From the NCBI GenBank assembly GCA_963710755.1, contig CAVQBK010000002.1, positions 128,001 to 192,000 on the forward strand: a DNA stretch of 64,000 nucleotides, in the 5' to 3' direction. The translations under genes and the position numbers were made by a program. This document shows positions 52,169 through 62,987 of this stretch, one piece after another (positions within the stretch are counted from its first letter, which is position 1; each line of letters opens with the position of its first letter). Source of the stretch: an uncultured bacterium. GTDB taxonomy: Bacteria > Oederibacteriota > JAAXVQ01 > JAUVAV01. The notes below the pieces were generated by a model. It was not told the origin of the DNA and ran no database searches. It worked only from the letters and a program-made list of their open reading frames with translations.

Positions 52169-52602
52169 TATAGCACCTCGACTTTACCGCCCGCTGCCGT
52201 TAACTTCTCAGCCGCACTCTTTGAAAATTTATGAGCCCGAATGGTAATGCCTTTAGGAGCATCCCCGGTTCCGAGAATCTTAACTTTCATGTCCTTTTTA
52301 ACCAAGCCCTTTTCATGTAAGCGTTTGGGATCCACTTCACTACCTTCAAAAGGGGCCAAATCCCTAAGATTTAGAACTTCATAAGTTGTCTTAAAAATAT
52401 TGTGGAATCCCCTTTTGGGCATGCGTTGGGTCAACGGCATTTGGCCACCTTCAAAGCCTGGACCTTTTCCTCGGCCGCTGCGGGATTTTTGTCCGTCTTG
52501 ACCGTAAGAACTGGTTTTGCCCCATCCCGAACCAATTCCCCGCCCAACTCTATGTCTACTCCTCCGTGCACCTTTAGCTGGTGCCAGTTCACCAATCTTC
52601 AT
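52168..52602 (-). CDS. rplO: 50S ribosomal protein L15
   Basis: RVGRGIGSGWGKT, FEGGQMPL..R.PKRGF; start ATG 52602 after GAAAGGAG. Confidence 0.97.
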   Translation of the reverse strand: MKIGELAPAKGARRSRHRVGRGIGSGWGKTSSYGQDGQKSRSGRGKGPGFEGGQMPLTQRMPKRGFHNIFKTTYEVLNLRDLAPFEGSEVDPKRLHEKGLVKKDMKVKILGTGDAPKGITIRAHKFSKSAAEKLTAAGGKVEVL

Positions 52603-52862
52603 CGTGGTCCAACTCCTTTCACTCGCAAGCAAAGCCTCTTGCTCATCCTCAAATGCACTCCCAAAAGGGTTGTGCTCTAGCATCAGACCCATGACCCGGC
52701 TGAAATGGGTTTTCAAAAGGCGTCTATTATACCGATACTTTACAGCCTTGAAAAGCTTTTAATACCTTTTCATTCATTTTAGCGATGAATGGAATATAAA
52801 AATTAAATGGCTTCTGGTAGCCTCTGTATCACCCGTTGCGGTCGTACATTCTATCATTAATC

Positions 52863-53051
52863 TTAAGCGTCTACGGATTCAATGGCTACCAAATGGCGTA
52901 CTACGGTGAGCATGCCCGTGATTTCCGGACGTACCGTCAGAATATTGGAAGATCCAATTTTACCCAACCCCAAAGCTTTGACTGTTCCCCTTTGTTTTTG
53001 AGAGGTACCGGCCATACCCCGTGTCAAGGTTACCTTAACTTTTTCTGTCAT
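52863..53051 (-). CDS. rpmD: 50S ribosomal protein L30
   Basis: [17 protein letters not shown]...V.HLV; position in the spc operon. Confidence 0.95.
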   Translation of the reverse strand: MTEKVKVTLTRGMAGTSQKQRGTVKALGLGKIGSSNILTVRPEITGMLTVVRHLVAIESVDA

Positions 53052-53578
53052 GATTTAAAGGCCTCCTGCTCTCTGGCAACCGTCGTAGCACCGCCGGGCA
53101 ATTTCCCGCGCAAACGCAATACTTCCTCTTTGCTAAGCAGGTTTTTGAAGCCTTCGAAAGTGGCATGCAACACATTGTGGGGATTATTGGTCCCGATAAT
53201 TTTAGTCAAAATATCATGGATGCCAACCACATCCATAACTGCCCGCACCGCACCACCGGCAATGACACCGGTACCGGGAGAAGCGGGTTTCATCAGCACT
53301 TTCGCCGAACCAAAACAACCCAAGACTTCATGAGGAATGGTTTTACCTTTCAAGGGTACTTGGATCATATTTTTTTTGGCTGCCTGAACGGCCTTGGCAA
53401 TCGACTCGGGTACTTCATTGGCCTTTCCCAACCCAAAGCCCACCTTGCCGTTGCCATCGCCAACCACCACCAGGGAGGAAAAATTGAAACGCCGGCCACC
53501 TTTGACGACTTTGGCCACCCGGTTGATTTTAACCACCCGATCTTTTAGTTCTGTCGTGTTATCCTGTTTTTGACTCAA
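53048..53578 (-). CDS. rpsE: 30S ribosomal protein S5
   Basis: [24 protein letters not shown]. Confidence 0.98.
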   Translation of the reverse strand: MSQKQDNTTELKDRVVKINRVAKVVKGGRRFNFSSLVVVGDGNGKVGFGLGKANEVPESIAKAVQAAKKNMIQVPLKGKTIPHEVLGCFGSAKVLMKPASPGTGVIAGGAVRAVMDVVGIHDILTKIIGTNNPHNVLHATFEGFKNLLSKEEVLRLRGKLPGGATTVAREQEAFKS

Positions 53579-53608
53579 AATGAATCTCCTCCTCAGCGCG
53601 CCTGGCGG

Positions 53609-53974
53609 CTAAAATTCCAGACCCGATTCGCGCGCTGCTTCAGCCAGCGCTTTAATGGCACCATGATAACGATGACCGCCCCGGTCAAAAACGATTTTCT
53701 TGATCCCTTTGGCTTGCGCCCGTTCCGCCACCATGGTGCCAACCTTTTTGGCGGTTTCAACATTGGCACTGCCCTGCAGCTGTCCTTTTAAGGCTGCTTC
53801 CTGGGTACTGACAGATGCCAGGGTATTGCCCTTGCTGTCGTCAACAACCTGGACAAAAAAGTGTTTGTGACTTTTAAACACGTTCAAGCGTGGACGCTCA
53901 CTGGTGCCAATAATCTGGCGCCGGATGCGTTCATGTCTCATGTTTCTCTCTTTTTTTCTATCAACTTTAGGCAT
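53609..53974 (-). CDS. rplR: 50S ribosomal protein L18
   Basis: GTSERPRL, VFDRGG..YHG, ARESGLEF. Confidence 0.98.
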   Translation of the reverse strand: MPKVDRKKERNMRHERIRRQIIGTSERPRLNVFKSHKHFFVQVVDDSKGNTLASVSTQEAALKGQLQGSANVETAKKVGTMVAERAQAKGIKKIVFDRGGHRYHGAIKALAEAARESGLEF

Positions 53975-53996
53975 TGTTCAAAGCCCCACCTTTCTC

Positions 53997-54548
53997 CTAC
54001 TTCTTGCCGCCTGCGCCGGCTTTGCCGACTTTCTGTTTAACCACTTCTCCGTCATAACGAATACCTTTACCTTTATAAGGTTCGGGTTTACGAACGAAAC
54101 GAAGATCAGCGGCTACCGATCCCACCAACTCCTTATCAATGCCTTTGACCACAATTTGGGTGGGCTTGGGAGCTTCCAGGGCAATGCCGGCAGGCGCTAT
54201 ATATTCCACAGGATGGGAATAGCCGACATTCAGGGTTAACTTATTCCCAGCCACTTGGACGCGATAACCGACGCCGCGCACTTCCAGCGATTTTTCAAAA
54301 CCGTCGGTCACGCCTTTAACCATATTATAAATCAAGGTTCTGGTCAAACCGTACAGCCCTCGAAAAATCTTATCATGGCTCTCCGGTTTTTTAACGACAA
54401 TCCGTTCACTGTTCACGTCAATTTCCATACTGGGATGGAGATCACGTTCTAATTTGCCTTTGGGTCCTTTGACCACCAAATGGTTGCCTTTTAAGTCCAC
54501 CGATACCCCTTGGCCTATTGGAACCGGCAATTTACCAACACGTGACAT
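53997..54548 (-). CDS. rplF: 50S ribosomal protein L6
   Basis: MSRVGK.P, GVGYR, PEPYKGKGIRY. Confidence 0.98.
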   Translation of the reverse strand: MSRVGKLPVPIGQGVSVDLKGNHLVVKGPKGKLERDLHPSMEIDVNSERIVVKKPESHDKIFRGLYGLTRTLIYNMVKGVTDGFEKSLEVRGVGYRVQVAGNKLTLNVGYSHPVEYIAPAGIALEAPKPTQIVVKGIDKELVGSVAADLRFVRKPEPYKGKGIRYDGEVVKQKVGKAGAGGKK

Positions 54549-54560
54549 GGGTTCTCCTCC

Positions 54561-54959
54561 TTACCACAAATAGCAGAGCACTTCGCCGCCAACAGAGGCC
54601 AGCCGTGCTTGTCGGTCTGTCATAATACCCTTAGACGTTGAGAGGATCGCTACGCCAAGTCCCCCAAGCACGCGCGGGATTCGGTCAGCGCTGGTGTACA
54701 CACGGCACCCCGGCCGGGACACGCGTTTGACGTCTTTAATGACTCGTTCCCGGTTGGGACCATATTTCATAAAGACCCGGATCGTTCCCTGGCGTTTATC
54801 CTCCAGCAACTTGAAGTTCTTGACAAACCCTTCTTCCTTGATGATCCGCACGATTTCCTGCTTAATTTTGGAAAAAGGAATGTCGACTTTCTCGTGATTC
54901 GCCCGGTTGGCATTGCGTAACCGAGTTAGCAAATCTGAAATTGGATCAGACATTGACAT
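54561..54959 (-). CDS. rpsH: 30S ribosomal protein S8
   Basis: [25 protein letters not shown]. Confidence 0.98.
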   Translation of the reverse strand: MSMSDPISDLLTRLRNANRANHEKVDIPFSKIKQEIVRIIKEEGFVKNFKLLEDKRQGTIRVFMKYGPNRERVIKDVKRVSRPGCRVYTSADRIPRVLGGLGVAILSTSKGIMTDRQARLASVGGEVLCYLW

Positions 54960-54997
54960 ATTTTTTCACCCTCTCTTATCAGGTAACATTAATCGAA

Positions 54998-55183
54998 CTA
55001 CCAGCTGGCTTTAATCACGCCGGGAATTTTACCCTGGCTCGCCAAATTTCGAAAACAAATCCGGCAGATTCCAAATTTCCTTAAATAACCGCGGGGACGA
55101 CCACACAACATGCATCGATTGTATTGACGTACCTTGAACTTTTGCTCTTTTTTTTGCTTATTGATCATACTTAATTTTGCCAT
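54998..55183 (-). CDS. rpsN: 30S ribosomal protein S14 (Zn type, 61 aa)
   Basis: MAK.SM...RCMLCGRPR...CRICFR...PGVIKASW; start ATG 55183. Confidence 0.97.
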   Translation of the reverse strand: MAKLSMINKQKKEQKFKVRQYNRCMLCGRPRGYLRKFGICRICFRNLASQGKIPGVIKASW

Positions 55184-55196
55184 GAATGCCTCCAGC

Positions 55197-55739
55197 CTAA
55201 CGTTTGGCAAAGGGCATGCCGTATTCCGAAAGCAACGCCTCTGCCTCTGCATTAGTTTTCGCTGTGGTCACAAAGGTAATATTCATCCCATGCAACCCCA
55301 TGATTTTATCAAAGTTGATCTCCGGAAAAATAATCTGCTCTTTGATACCCAGATTATAATTACCGCGACCGTCAAATCCCTTTTTGGAAATACCTCGAAA
55401 GTCCTTGATCCGTGGCAGGGCCAAATTGATAAACCGGTCCATGAATTCATACATCATGGTGCCCCGCAAAGTTACCCGTGCACCGACCGGATTATTTTCC
55501 CGTAATTTAAAATTGCTGATAGACTTTTTGGCGCGGGTAATGACCGGACGTTGGCCGGTAATCTGAGCCAGTTCTTCCGCCGCGGTCTCCAGTAATTTAA
55601 TGTTTTCTGTGGCCCGCCCCATGCCCACATTGAGCACAACTTTTTCAACCCGCGGCACACTATTGGCATTTTTATAACTAAATTTTTCCTTCAGGATCGG
55701 GATGATTTCCTTGAGATATTTATCCTTCAAACGCACCAT
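55197..55739 (-). CDS. rplE: 50S ribosomal protein L5
   Basis: [22 protein letters not shown]; start ATG 55739 after GGAGG. Confidence 0.98.
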   Translation of the reverse strand: MVRLKDKYLKEIIPILKEKFSYKNANSVPRVEKVVLNVGMGRATENIKLLETAAEELAQITGQRPVITRAKKSISNFKLRENNPVGARVTLRGTMMYEFMDRFINLALPRIKDFRGISKKGFDGRGNYNLGIKEQIIFPEINFDKIMGLHGMNITFVTTAKTNAEAEALLSEYGMPFAKR

Positions 55740-55850
55740 TGCCTTTTCCTCCATCATTAGTGACCGAAAATAGGTCAACCCTTCCGCTGTCCTGCTGCCA
55801 TGATCACTCTGGTCATAACCAACATTCTTGATGACCTGCCGGTGTCCCAG

Positions 55851-56180
55851 TTAATCGATCATTTCCTTGCACTTTTTACACACTCTTATAAATTTCTTAT
55901 TGTCCCCGACCTGCTGGTATCGGACCTGGGTGACTTCATTGCATTTATTACAAATCAGTTTGAGTTTAGCCAATGCCAAGGGAGCTTCCTTTTCCAAGAT
56001 ACCGCCCTGTGGCATTTTTTGCGTAGGCCGGCTATGACGTTTCACAAAATTAATCTTCTCCACGACCGCTTGGCCTTTTTTCGGGAAAACCTTCAAGATT
56101 TTCCCACTTTTTCCTTTGTCCTTGCCCGAGATAACGGTTACGATGTCATCTTTGTGCAATCTAGGTTTAACGGCGTCCAT
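55851..56180 (-). CDS. rplX: 50S ribosomal protein L24
   Basis: V.VISGKDKGK, GGI.EKEAP. Confidence 0.97.
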   Translation of the reverse strand: MDAVKPRLHKDDIVTVISGKDKGKSGKILKVFPKKGQAVVEKINFVKRHSRPTQKMPQGGILEKEAPLALAKLKLICNKCNEVTQVRYQQVGDNKKFIRVCKKCKEMID

Positions 56181-56196
56181 GATCCTATTCCTTTCT

Positions 56197-56565
56197 CTAC
56201 AGCACTTCCGGTGCTAGCGACACAATTTTGGCAAAATTCCGTTCCCGCAATTCCCTGGCCACAGGCCCAAAGATACGCGTGCCCCGCGGGTTCATTTGAT
56301 CATTAATAATTACAGCGGCATTTTCATCAAAGCGGATATAAGACCCGTCCGCCCGGCGATGGTTTCTGGCCACCCGGACAATAACTGCTTTGACCACGTC
56401 TTTTTTCTTGACTTGGGCTCCGGGAATGGCCTCTTTAACCGCACCAACTATAATATCTCCCAAACCGGCATAGCGCCGACGCGTGCCCCCCAATACTTTT
56501 ATACATTGGATGCGTTTGGCCCCGGAATTGTCCGAAACCTTCAGCATGGTTTGAACTTGAATCAT
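56197..56565 (-). CDS. rplN: 50S ribosomal protein L14
   Basis: [32 protein letters not shown]; start ATG 56565. Confidence 0.98.
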   Translation of the reverse strand: MIQVQTMLKVSDNSGAKRIQCIKVLGGTRRRYAGLGDIIVGAVKEAIPGAQVKKKDVVKAVIVRVARNHRRADGSYIRFDENAAVIINDQMNPRGTRIFGPVARELRERNFAKIVSLAPEVL

Positions 56566-56588
56566 TGTCTCCCCGCCTCCTTGGACGC

Positions 56589-56852
56589 TTACTGAACTTT
56601 TGCGCGTTCGATAATTTCCACCAATGTGTGATATTTTTCTGCCGACTGTGGGCGGGTTTCCCGGATACGCACGGTGTCTCCAATACCACATTGGTTCTGC
56701 TCATCATGAATTTTATATTTTTTTGTCCTCCGGATATAACGTTTATACCGAGGATGTTGCATCATACGATCGATCCGCACGACCGCAGTTTTATCCATTT
56801 TATTACTCACCACAATGCCCACTTTATCTTTACTGGTGATCAGCCCTGCCAT
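56589..56852 (-). CDS. rpsQ: 30S ribosomal protein S17
   Basis: [17 protein letters not shown]....GD.V.I.ETRP. Confidence 0.97.
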   Translation of the reverse strand: MAGLITSKDKVGIVVSNKMDKTAVVRIDRMMQHPRYKRYIRRTKKYKIHDEQNQCGIGDTVRIRETRPQSAEKYHTLVEIIERAKVQ

Positions 56853-56880
56853 GGCTTCTCCTCCTTCTGCAAATTAAAAA

Positions 56881-57108
56881 CTAGTTCTGGCTTTCAGCCG
56901 CCGCGGTTGTCGCGATTCCTTTAATCGTCATCTCCCGCAACAGTGTTTTGATGCGGGCGATATCTCTGCGTTTCACCCTGACTTGGGCGGTATTTTCCAT
57001 TTGTTTGGTCTGGACCTTGATGTTTAATTTGAAAAGCTCGTCCTGAAGACCGGCCAATTTCCGTTCCAGTTCCTCTTTATTCATTTCCCGCAGTTGTTCT
57101 ATTTTCAT
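56881..57108 (-). CDS. rpmC: 50S ribosomal protein L29
   Basis: ELF.L, RRDIARIKTLL.E; position in the S10 operon. Confidence 0.95.
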   Translation of the reverse strand: MKIEQLREMNKEELERKLAGLQDELFKLNIKVQTKQMENTAQVRVKRRDIARIKTLLREMTIKGIATTAAAESQN

Positions 57109-57111
57109 TGC

Positions 57112-57531
57112 TTAAACCCCCAATTCGTCACGTGTTACAAACTTGGTGGCAATGGGCAGACGATGGGCTGCCAACAGAAAAGCTGCTTTGGCGATGTCTT
57201 CATTAACCCCTTCCAATTCAAACATGACACGTCCCGGTTTAACCACAGCCACCCAGCCTTCCGGGGCCCCTTTACCTTTTCCCATACGCGTTTCCGCAGG
57301 TTTTTTGGTGAAAGGTTTGTCCGGGAAAATACGAATCCATATTTTCCCACCTCGTTTCAAACGGCGGTTAATGACCACACGGCAGGCTTCGATCTGGGCA
57401 CTGGTAATCCAGGCCGGTTCCAGCGCCTTAAGGCCAAAACTTCCAAAACTCACTTTATTACCCCGGTGGGCCAGGCCTCGCATGTTCCCCCGTTGGACTT
57501 TACGATGTTTTACTCTCTTAGGCAGCAGCAT
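57112..57531 (-). CDS. rplP: 50S ribosomal protein L16
   Basis: [24 protein letters not shown]; start ATG 57531. Confidence 0.98.
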   Translation of the reverse strand: MLLPKRVKHRKVQRGNMRGLAHRGNKVSFGSFGLKALEPAWITSAQIEACRVVINRRLKRGGKIWIRIFPDKPFTKKPAETRMGKGKGAPEGWVAVVKPGRVMFELEGVNEDIAKAAFLLAAHRLPIATKFVTRDELGV

Positions 57532-58180
57532 GACGTTTTCCACTCCGTTGTTTTTCTTCTTTGGGGGTATCGGCAAACAGCCAAACTTTTACCCCAATGC
57601 ACCCGTAGGTGGTATTGGCCGTGGCAGTGCCAAATTGAATATTGGCCCTCAGTGTGTGCAGAGGGATCTGGCCTTCACGATACCATTCGCGTCTGGCAAT
57701 TTCTGCCCCTGCCAAACGGCCGGAACAGGCGATCCGAATGCCCTTTGCTCCAGCTTCCATGCTGGTGGTAACGGAACGTTTCATAGCCCGGCGGAATGCA
57801 ATCCGCCTTTCCAGTTGGCGGGCAATATTTTGGGCCACCAGTACTGCATCCAATTCAGGGCGTTTAACTTCCATAATGTTGACCGCGACTTGCTTGCCGG
57901 TCAGTGTCTGCAAATCCTTGCGCAGGGCATCAATTTCAGAACCTTTTTTCCCGATAATAATACCCGGCTTAGCGGCATAAATGGAGATCGTAGCCCGCTG
58001 GGAAGCGCGCTCGATTTCGATTTTGGAAATGCCGGCATGACTTAACCGTTTATCCAGAAACGTCCTGATTTTGTTATCTTCCATCAGAAGATCCGCAAAA
58101 TTTTTCTTCGCAAACCATTGCGAATCCCAGGTACGTGTGATGCCCAACCTCAAGCCAATGGGATTGACTTTTTGACCCAC
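57518..58180 (-). CDS. rpsC: 30S ribosomal protein S3
   Basis: [30 protein letters not shown]. Confidence 0.98.
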   Translation of the reverse strand: MGQKVNPIGLRLGITRTWDSQWFAKKNFADLLMEDNKIRTFLDKRLSHAGISKIEIERASQRATISIYAAKPGIIIGKKGSEIDALRKDLQTLTGKQVAVNIMEVKRPELDAVLVAQNIARQLERRIAFRRAMKRSVTTSMEAGAKGIRIACSGRLAGAEIARREWYREGQIPLHTLRANIQFGTATANTTYGCIGVKVWLFADTPKEEKQRSGKRHAAA

Positions 58181-58191
58181 AATAAGCCTCC

Positions 58192-58560
58192 TTATGCCTT
58201 CACTTCAGTGGTTTCGGTTTTACCATCGGAAACCACCAAAGTGACATGCGCTGTATGATTATGAATTTTACTGGCCCGCCCCATGGCGCGTGGTACAAAC
58301 CGTTTGGCATTACGCTGCAAAGGTCCTTGGTCGGCACGGCATTCCTTGATGAACAATCTATTGGCATCCACATTGGGACGCTGGCCGGCTGCCGCAATAG
58401 CTGACTTGAGCAACCTGGTTAAAATCGGCGACGCTGCCTTAGGCACAAACTGCAACACATTGAGGGCCTCATTCACATTCTTATTTCTGATGAGTGCGGC
58501 CACGATGCCTACTTTCCGGGGTGCGATTCTTAGGTGGCGCGCCATGACTTTCTGATCCAT
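58192..58560 (-). CDS. rplV: 50S ribosomal protein L22
   Basis: RIAPRK, KRF.PRAMGRA..I....H.T.VV. Confidence 0.96.
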   Translation of the reverse strand: MDQKVMARHLRIAPRKVGIVAALIRNKNVNEALNVLQFVPKAASPILTRLLKSAIAAAGQRPNVDANRLFIKECRADQGPLQRNAKRFVPRAMGRASKIHNHTAHVTLVVSDGKTETTEVKA

Positions 58561-58601
58561 AATCTCCTCCTAAAGCCCTGACCTTAACGGTCAATCAGGC
58601 C

Positions 58602-58880
58602 TTATTTACCTGTGGTTTTTTCACTAGCCTTATGGCCTTTAAAGATACGGGTGGGAGCGAACTCACCCAGTTTATGTCCCACCATGTTCTCTGACAAAAA
58701 AATGGGGAGAAATTTTTTACCATTATGGATGGCCAGGGTGTGACCGACCATTTCCGGGGTAATGGTGGAGCTTCTTGCCCAGGTCTTGACAACTTTTTTT
58801 TCATTTACCTCATTCATGGTCTCAATTTTTTTCATCAGCTTGAGATCCACATAGGGGCCTTTTTTGAGCGAACGTGCCAC
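58602..58880 (-). CDS. rpsS: 30S ribosomal protein S19
   Basis: [21 protein letters not shown]. Confidence 0.98.
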   Translation of the reverse strand: MARSLKKGPYVDLKLMKKIETMNEVNEKKVVKTWARSSTITPEMVGHTLAIHNGKKFLPIFLSENMVGHKLGEFAPTRIFKGHKASEKTTGK

Positions 58881-58895
58881 TTAGTCAGCCCTCCC

Positions 58896-59726
58896 TTATT
58901 TGGAATTGCGTCGCCGGATGATCATGCGATCGCTTTCTTTGTTTTTCTTGCGGGTCTTAAATCCCTTGGTCGGAATACCCCAAGGCGTAACCGGATGCCG
59001 TCCCCCTGAGGTCCGACCTTCACCACCGCCGTGGGGATGGTCCACAGGATTCTTGGCCACACCACGGGAGCGGGGTTTGAACCCCAGCCAGCGGTGACGG
59101 CCAGCCTTACCCAAGGTGATATTTTCGTGTTCCCGGTTGCCCACCTGGCCAATGGTGGCTTTACAATCCAAATGAATCAAACGCACTTCCCCGGAAGGCA
59201 GTTTCACATGCCCGTAGTCGCCTTCCTTGGCCATCAACTGGGCACCACTGCCCGCGGAACGAACCAATTTGGCACGAGTACCGATCTTTAACTCGATGTT
59301 ATGGATAGTGGTACCAGCCGGAATTTTTCGAAGCGGCAGCGTATTGCCGGTTTGAATGTCCGCTTCTTCACCGGCATAGATTATTTGGCCAACTTGCAGG
59401 CCTTCCGGTGCCACGATGTAACGCTTTTCTCCGTCTAGATACTGGAGCAGGGCGATCCGGGCTGTGCGATTAGGATCGTATTCAAGTCGTTCCACCCGCG
59501 CCGGCACCGCAATTTTATCGCGCATGAAATCCACTATGCGGTAACGGCGCTTGTGGCCGCCTGATTTACGTCGTGCCGTGTAACGTCCGTTAACATTATG
59601 GCCACCGCTCTTGGTTAGTTTGGCTACCAATTTCTTTTCCGGTTTGCCTTTGCCCAGATCACTAAAATCATACCCCGTCATTTGACGGCGCCCTGGACTG
59701 GTAGGACGATAGATTTTCAATGCCAT
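58896..59726 (-). CDS. rplB: 50S ribosomal protein L2
   Basis: [26 protein letters not shown]. Confidence 0.99.
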   Translation of the reverse strand: MALKIYRPTSPGRRQMTGYDFSDLGKGKPEKKLVAKLTKSGGHNVNGRYTARRKSGGHKRRYRIVDFMRDKIAVPARVERLEYDPNRTARIALLQYLDGEKRYIVAPEGLQVGQIIYAGEEADIQTGNTLPLRKIPAGTTIHNIELKIGTRAKLVRSAGSGAQLMAKEGDYGHVKLPSGEVRLIHLDCKATIGQVGNREHENITLGKAGRHRWLGFKPRSRGVAKNPVDHPHGGGEGRTSGGRHPVTPWGIPTKGFKTRKKNKESDRMIIRRRNSK

Positions 59727-59745
59727 CGCTATTCTCCTTTAAACC

Positions 59746-60033
59746 TTATGCGCCTTCGTAAACTTCTATCCGGTCGCCGCTTTTTAATTTTGCCACCGCT
59801 TTTTTCCAACTCCGTTTTGGAGACAGGTGGGCTCCAAAGCGCCGGCTTTTACCGGGCATAGTGGTGGTATTCACATCAAGCACTTTTACATTGAAGATCT
59901 TTTCAATAGCTTGTTTGATCTGAATTTTATTAGCCCGCCGGTCAACTTCAAAAGCATAACAATTACCGGCCTCTTTGCTGACATTGGTTTTTTCCGTGAT
60001 CAAAGGACGCTTCACAATTTGATAGGGATTCAT
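59746..60033 (-). CDS. rplW: 50S ribosomal protein L23
   Basis: PLITEK, ANK.QIK.A.E..F.V.V, WKKA. Confidence 0.97.
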   Translation of the reverse strand: MNPYQIVKRPLITEKTNVSKEAGNCYAFEVDRRANKIQIKQAIEKIFNVKVLDVNTTTMPGKSRRFGAHLSPKRSWKKAVAKLKSGDRIEVYEGA

Positions 60034-60656
60034 TTGCCAAAAGTCTCCTCAATTTTTGTTACGGCCGCTTTGGTCATCAAGAGATTATCGCAATTGATCA
60101 AGTCATAAGTATTGATATTGTCTGAATTCAATATCTTCAGATTCGTGATGTTACGGCCGGAGAGACGGATAGTGTCATTCTTCTCTCCCAACACAAAGGT
60201 GATTTTACCCTCTAAGTTCAGGTTTTTTAATACGGCCACCATGGCTTTGGTTTTGATTTCATTGAGGGTAAGGTCCTCAAGAACTACCATTTCATTATCT
60301 TTCAGCTTGGCGCTGAGAGCACTGCAAACGGCCTGACGACGCATTTTTTTAGGCATCTCCCAGCTATAGTCCCGGGGTTTAGGACCAAACGTGATGCCCC
60401 CTTTATACCATAGGGGTGACCGGTTGCTGCCGGCCCGGGCACGGCCCGTCCCTTTTTGCTTCCACGGCTTTACGCCACCCCCGGAGACCTCTCCCCGCGT
60501 TTTGGTGGAATGGGTTCCCCGCCGTTTATTGGCTAAGTGGCTGTTGATGGCTTCCCAAATCAAGTGTTGATTGATAGTGGTACCAAAGACTTTATCTGAT
60601 AACGCCAATTCCCCGGAAGGTTGGTTTTCCTGATTGACTATTTTAATCGTCGGCAT
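60030..60656 (-). CDS. rplD: 50S ribosomal protein L4
   Basis: TKTRGEVSGGG.KPWKQKGTGRAR.GS, FGPKPRDY. Confidence 0.98.
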   Translation of the reverse strand: MPTIKIVNQENQPSGELALSDKVFGTTINQHLIWEAINSHLANKRRGTHSTKTRGEVSGGGVKPWKQKGTGRARAGSNRSPLWYKGGITFGPKPRDYSWEMPKKMRRQAVCSALSAKLKDNEMVVLEDLTLNEIKTKAMVAVLKNLNLEGKITFVLGEKNDTIRLSGRNITNLKILNSDNINTYDLINCDNLLMTKAAVTKIEETFGK

Positions 60657-61297
60657 TAGCGTTTACCTCCCCGGTTACTTTTCCTAATCAACACCAGCTC
60701 ACGGTTAGCGCCCGGGATAGCTCCCTTGATAAGAAGTAGGTTTTTTTCTTTATCTACTTTAACCAACTTCAATTTAATCGCCGTGGTTTCGACATTCCCC
60801 ATTTGGCCAGGAAAGCGCATACCTTTGAGTACGCGCGAAGGCTGCGAAGACGCTCCGATGGAGCCAGGCGCCCGGTGGAACATGGACCCGTGGGTATTGC
60901 GCCCGCCGGAAAAATTGTGGCGCTTCATGACGCCCTGAAACCCTTTTCCCTTGGAGGTGCCGCTGACATCCACCCACTTCACTTGATCCAGCACTTCCAC
61001 ACCGAAAGTCTGACCTACCTTCATCTGGGCTTCGTCATCCAAACGTATTTCTTTTAAGACACGCTTGGGTCCAAGATTACGTTTGGTAAATTGCCCTAAT
61101 ACCGGCTTGGTGAGCCGTTGGGGTTTCTGGTCTTCCAAGCCGACTTGCACGGCTGCGTAGCCGTCTTTTTCCTTGGTCTTAACCTGAACCACGGTGCAAG
61201 GCTCGGCCGCCACCACGGTGACAGGGATAATTTTACCCGTCTCATCAAAGATCTGGGTCATCCCTACTTTTCTGCCTAAAATGGTACTTATCATCAT
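60656..61297 (-). CDS. rplC: 50S ribosomal protein L3
   Basis: LGRKVGMTQIF, SKGKGFQG, HRAPGSIG; start ATG 61297 or 61294 after AGGAG. Confidence 0.98.
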   Translation of the reverse strand: MMISTILGRKVGMTQIFDETGKIIPVTVVAAEPCTVVQVKTKEKDGYAAVQVGLEDQKPQRLTKPVLGQFTKRNLGPKRVLKEIRLDDEAQMKVGQTFGVEVLDQVKWVDVSGTSKGKGFQGVMKRHNFSGGRNTHGSMFHRAPGSIGASSQPSRVLKGMRFPGQMGNVETTAIKLKLVKVDKEKNLLLIKGAIPGANRELVLIRKSNRGGKR

Positions 61298-61386
61298 TCC
61301 ATCTCCTAATGCCGGGTTGATTGTCGCTCCCGGCTTCACTTCCCCGCGCTTAAAGACGGGGCATTGGAATACGCTGCCTATTAAAC

Positions 61387-61695
61387 TTAGAGCTTAATCT
61401 CCACATCCACACCTGCCGGCAAGTCCATCTTCATTAACGCATCAATAGTCTTGGGCGTGGGATCTACAATATCCATTAGTCGTTTGTGAGTTCTCACTTC
61501 AAACTGCTCCCGCGATTTTTTATCCACATGCGGACTGCGCAGCACAGTCACACGATTGATACGCGTAGGCAGGGGAACAGGCCCGAACACACGCGCCCCC
61601 GTCCGTTTGGCGGTCTCAATAATATCGCTGGCCGAACGGTCTAAAAGCTTATAATCGTAGGCCTTCATCCTAATTCTGATTTTTTGCTGATCCAT
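61387..61695 (-). CDS. rpsJ: 30S ribosomal protein S10
   Basis: [35 protein letters not shown]. Confidence 0.99.
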   Translation of the reverse strand: MDQQKIRIRMKAYDYKLLDRSASDIIETAKRTGARVFGPVPLPTRINRVTVLRSPHVDKKSREQFEVRTHKRLMDIVDPTPKTIDALMKMDLPAGVDVEIKL

Positions 61696-61715
61696 GGGTT
61701 CCTCCGCCTTGCCCC

Positions 61716-62918
61716 TTATTCAATAATTTCGGAAATAACACCGGCACCGACCGTATGCCCGCCTTCGCGAATAGCAAAGCGCAGCTCTTTTTCCATTGCG
61801 ATCGGGGTGATCAATTCCACTTCCATGCTCACATTGTCACCAGGCATCACCATTTCCACACCTGCCGGCAACTTGATCGAGCCGGTCACATCGGTTGTCC
61901 GGAAATAAAACTGCGGACGATAGTTGTTGAAAAACGGCGTGTGACGACCGCCTTCCTCTTTCTTCAGTACGTACACTTCCCCTTTGAACTTCCGGTGTGG
62001 TGTGATCGTTCCCGGTTGGGCAATGACCTGCCCGCGTTCGATTTCTTCCTTATCCACCCCGCGCAGCAGCACGCCTATATTGTCACCTGCCTGGGCTTCG
62101 TCCAACAGCTTGCGGAACATTTCCACGCCCGTGACCACGCTCTTTTTCGTATCCGTGATCCCAACGATTTCCACGTTGTCCCCGACTTTCACCTTGCCCC
62201 GTTCCACGCGACCCGTGGCCACCGTGCCACGGCCGGTGATCGAGAATACGTCTTCCACCGCCATCAAGAACGGCTTGTCCACATCGCGCACCGGCGTCGG
62301 GATATACTCATCCACCGCATCCACCAATTTCTGGATCGGCTCCCATTCCGGACCTTCAAACACGCCGGTCAGACCTTTTTCCATGGCTTTCAACGCGCTG
62401 CCACGGATAATCGGCGTTTCGTCTCCGTCGAATTCGTACTTGTTCAGCAGTTCCCGAACTTCCATTTCCACCAAATCCAACAATTCCGGATCATCCACCT
62501 GGTCGGTCTTGTTCATGAACACCACGATACGGGGTACGCCCACCTGACGGGCCAGCAGGATGTGTTCCCGCGTCTGTGGCATCGGTCCATCCGAGGCTGA
62601 TACCAACAGAATCGCGCCGTCCATCTGCGCTGCTCCGGTAATCATGTTTTTAATATAGTCCGCGTGACCAGGGCAGTCCACGTGCGCATAATGCCGCTTC
62701 TCGGTCTGATACTCCACGTGCGCTGTGTTGATCGTTATACCACGCGCCTTTTCTTCCGGCGCATTGTCGATTTCATCATACTTCTTTACCGACGCCCCGC
62801 CCTTGCTCGACAAGTACATCGTGATTGTCGCCGTCAATGTCGTCTTGCCATGGTCTACGTGCCCGATGGTTCCGATATTAACGTGCGGTTTTGTACGTTC
62901 AAATTTTTCTTTTGCCAT
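61716..62918 (-). CDS. tuf: elongation factor Tu (tufA position)
   Basis: Near-identical to 33853-35055; start ATG 62918 after AAGGAGG. Confidence 0.99.
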   Translation of the reverse strand: MAKEKFERTKPHVNIGTIGHVDHGKTTLTATITMYLSSKGGASVKKYDEIDNAPEEKARGITINTAHVEYQTEKRHYAHVDCPGHADYIKNMITGAAQMDGAILLVSASDGPMPQTREHILLARQVGVPRIVVFMNKTDQVDDPELLDLVEMEVRELLNKYEFDGDETPIIRGSALKAMEKGLTGVFEGPEWEPIQKLVDAVDEYIPTPVRDVDKPFLMAVEDVFSITGRGTVATGRVERGKVKVGDNVEIVGITDTKKSVVTGVEMFRKLLDEAQAGDNIGVLLRGVDKEEIERGQVIAQPGTITPHRKFKGEVYVLKKEEGGRHTPFFNNYRPQFYFRTTDVTGSIKLPAGVEMVMPGDNVSMEVELITPIAMEKELRFAIREGGHTVGAGVISEIIE

Positions 62919-62987
62919 TGGCAAACCTCCTTGTTGAGGATATTTTTTTGTTCAATTCACCAAAACTTCAACCCCGGCTACGCCGAA

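Noticed and set aside
57094-58045. 225-aa and 300-aa + strand ORFs
   Set aside because: Antisense to rplP/rpsC; low-information shadow frames.
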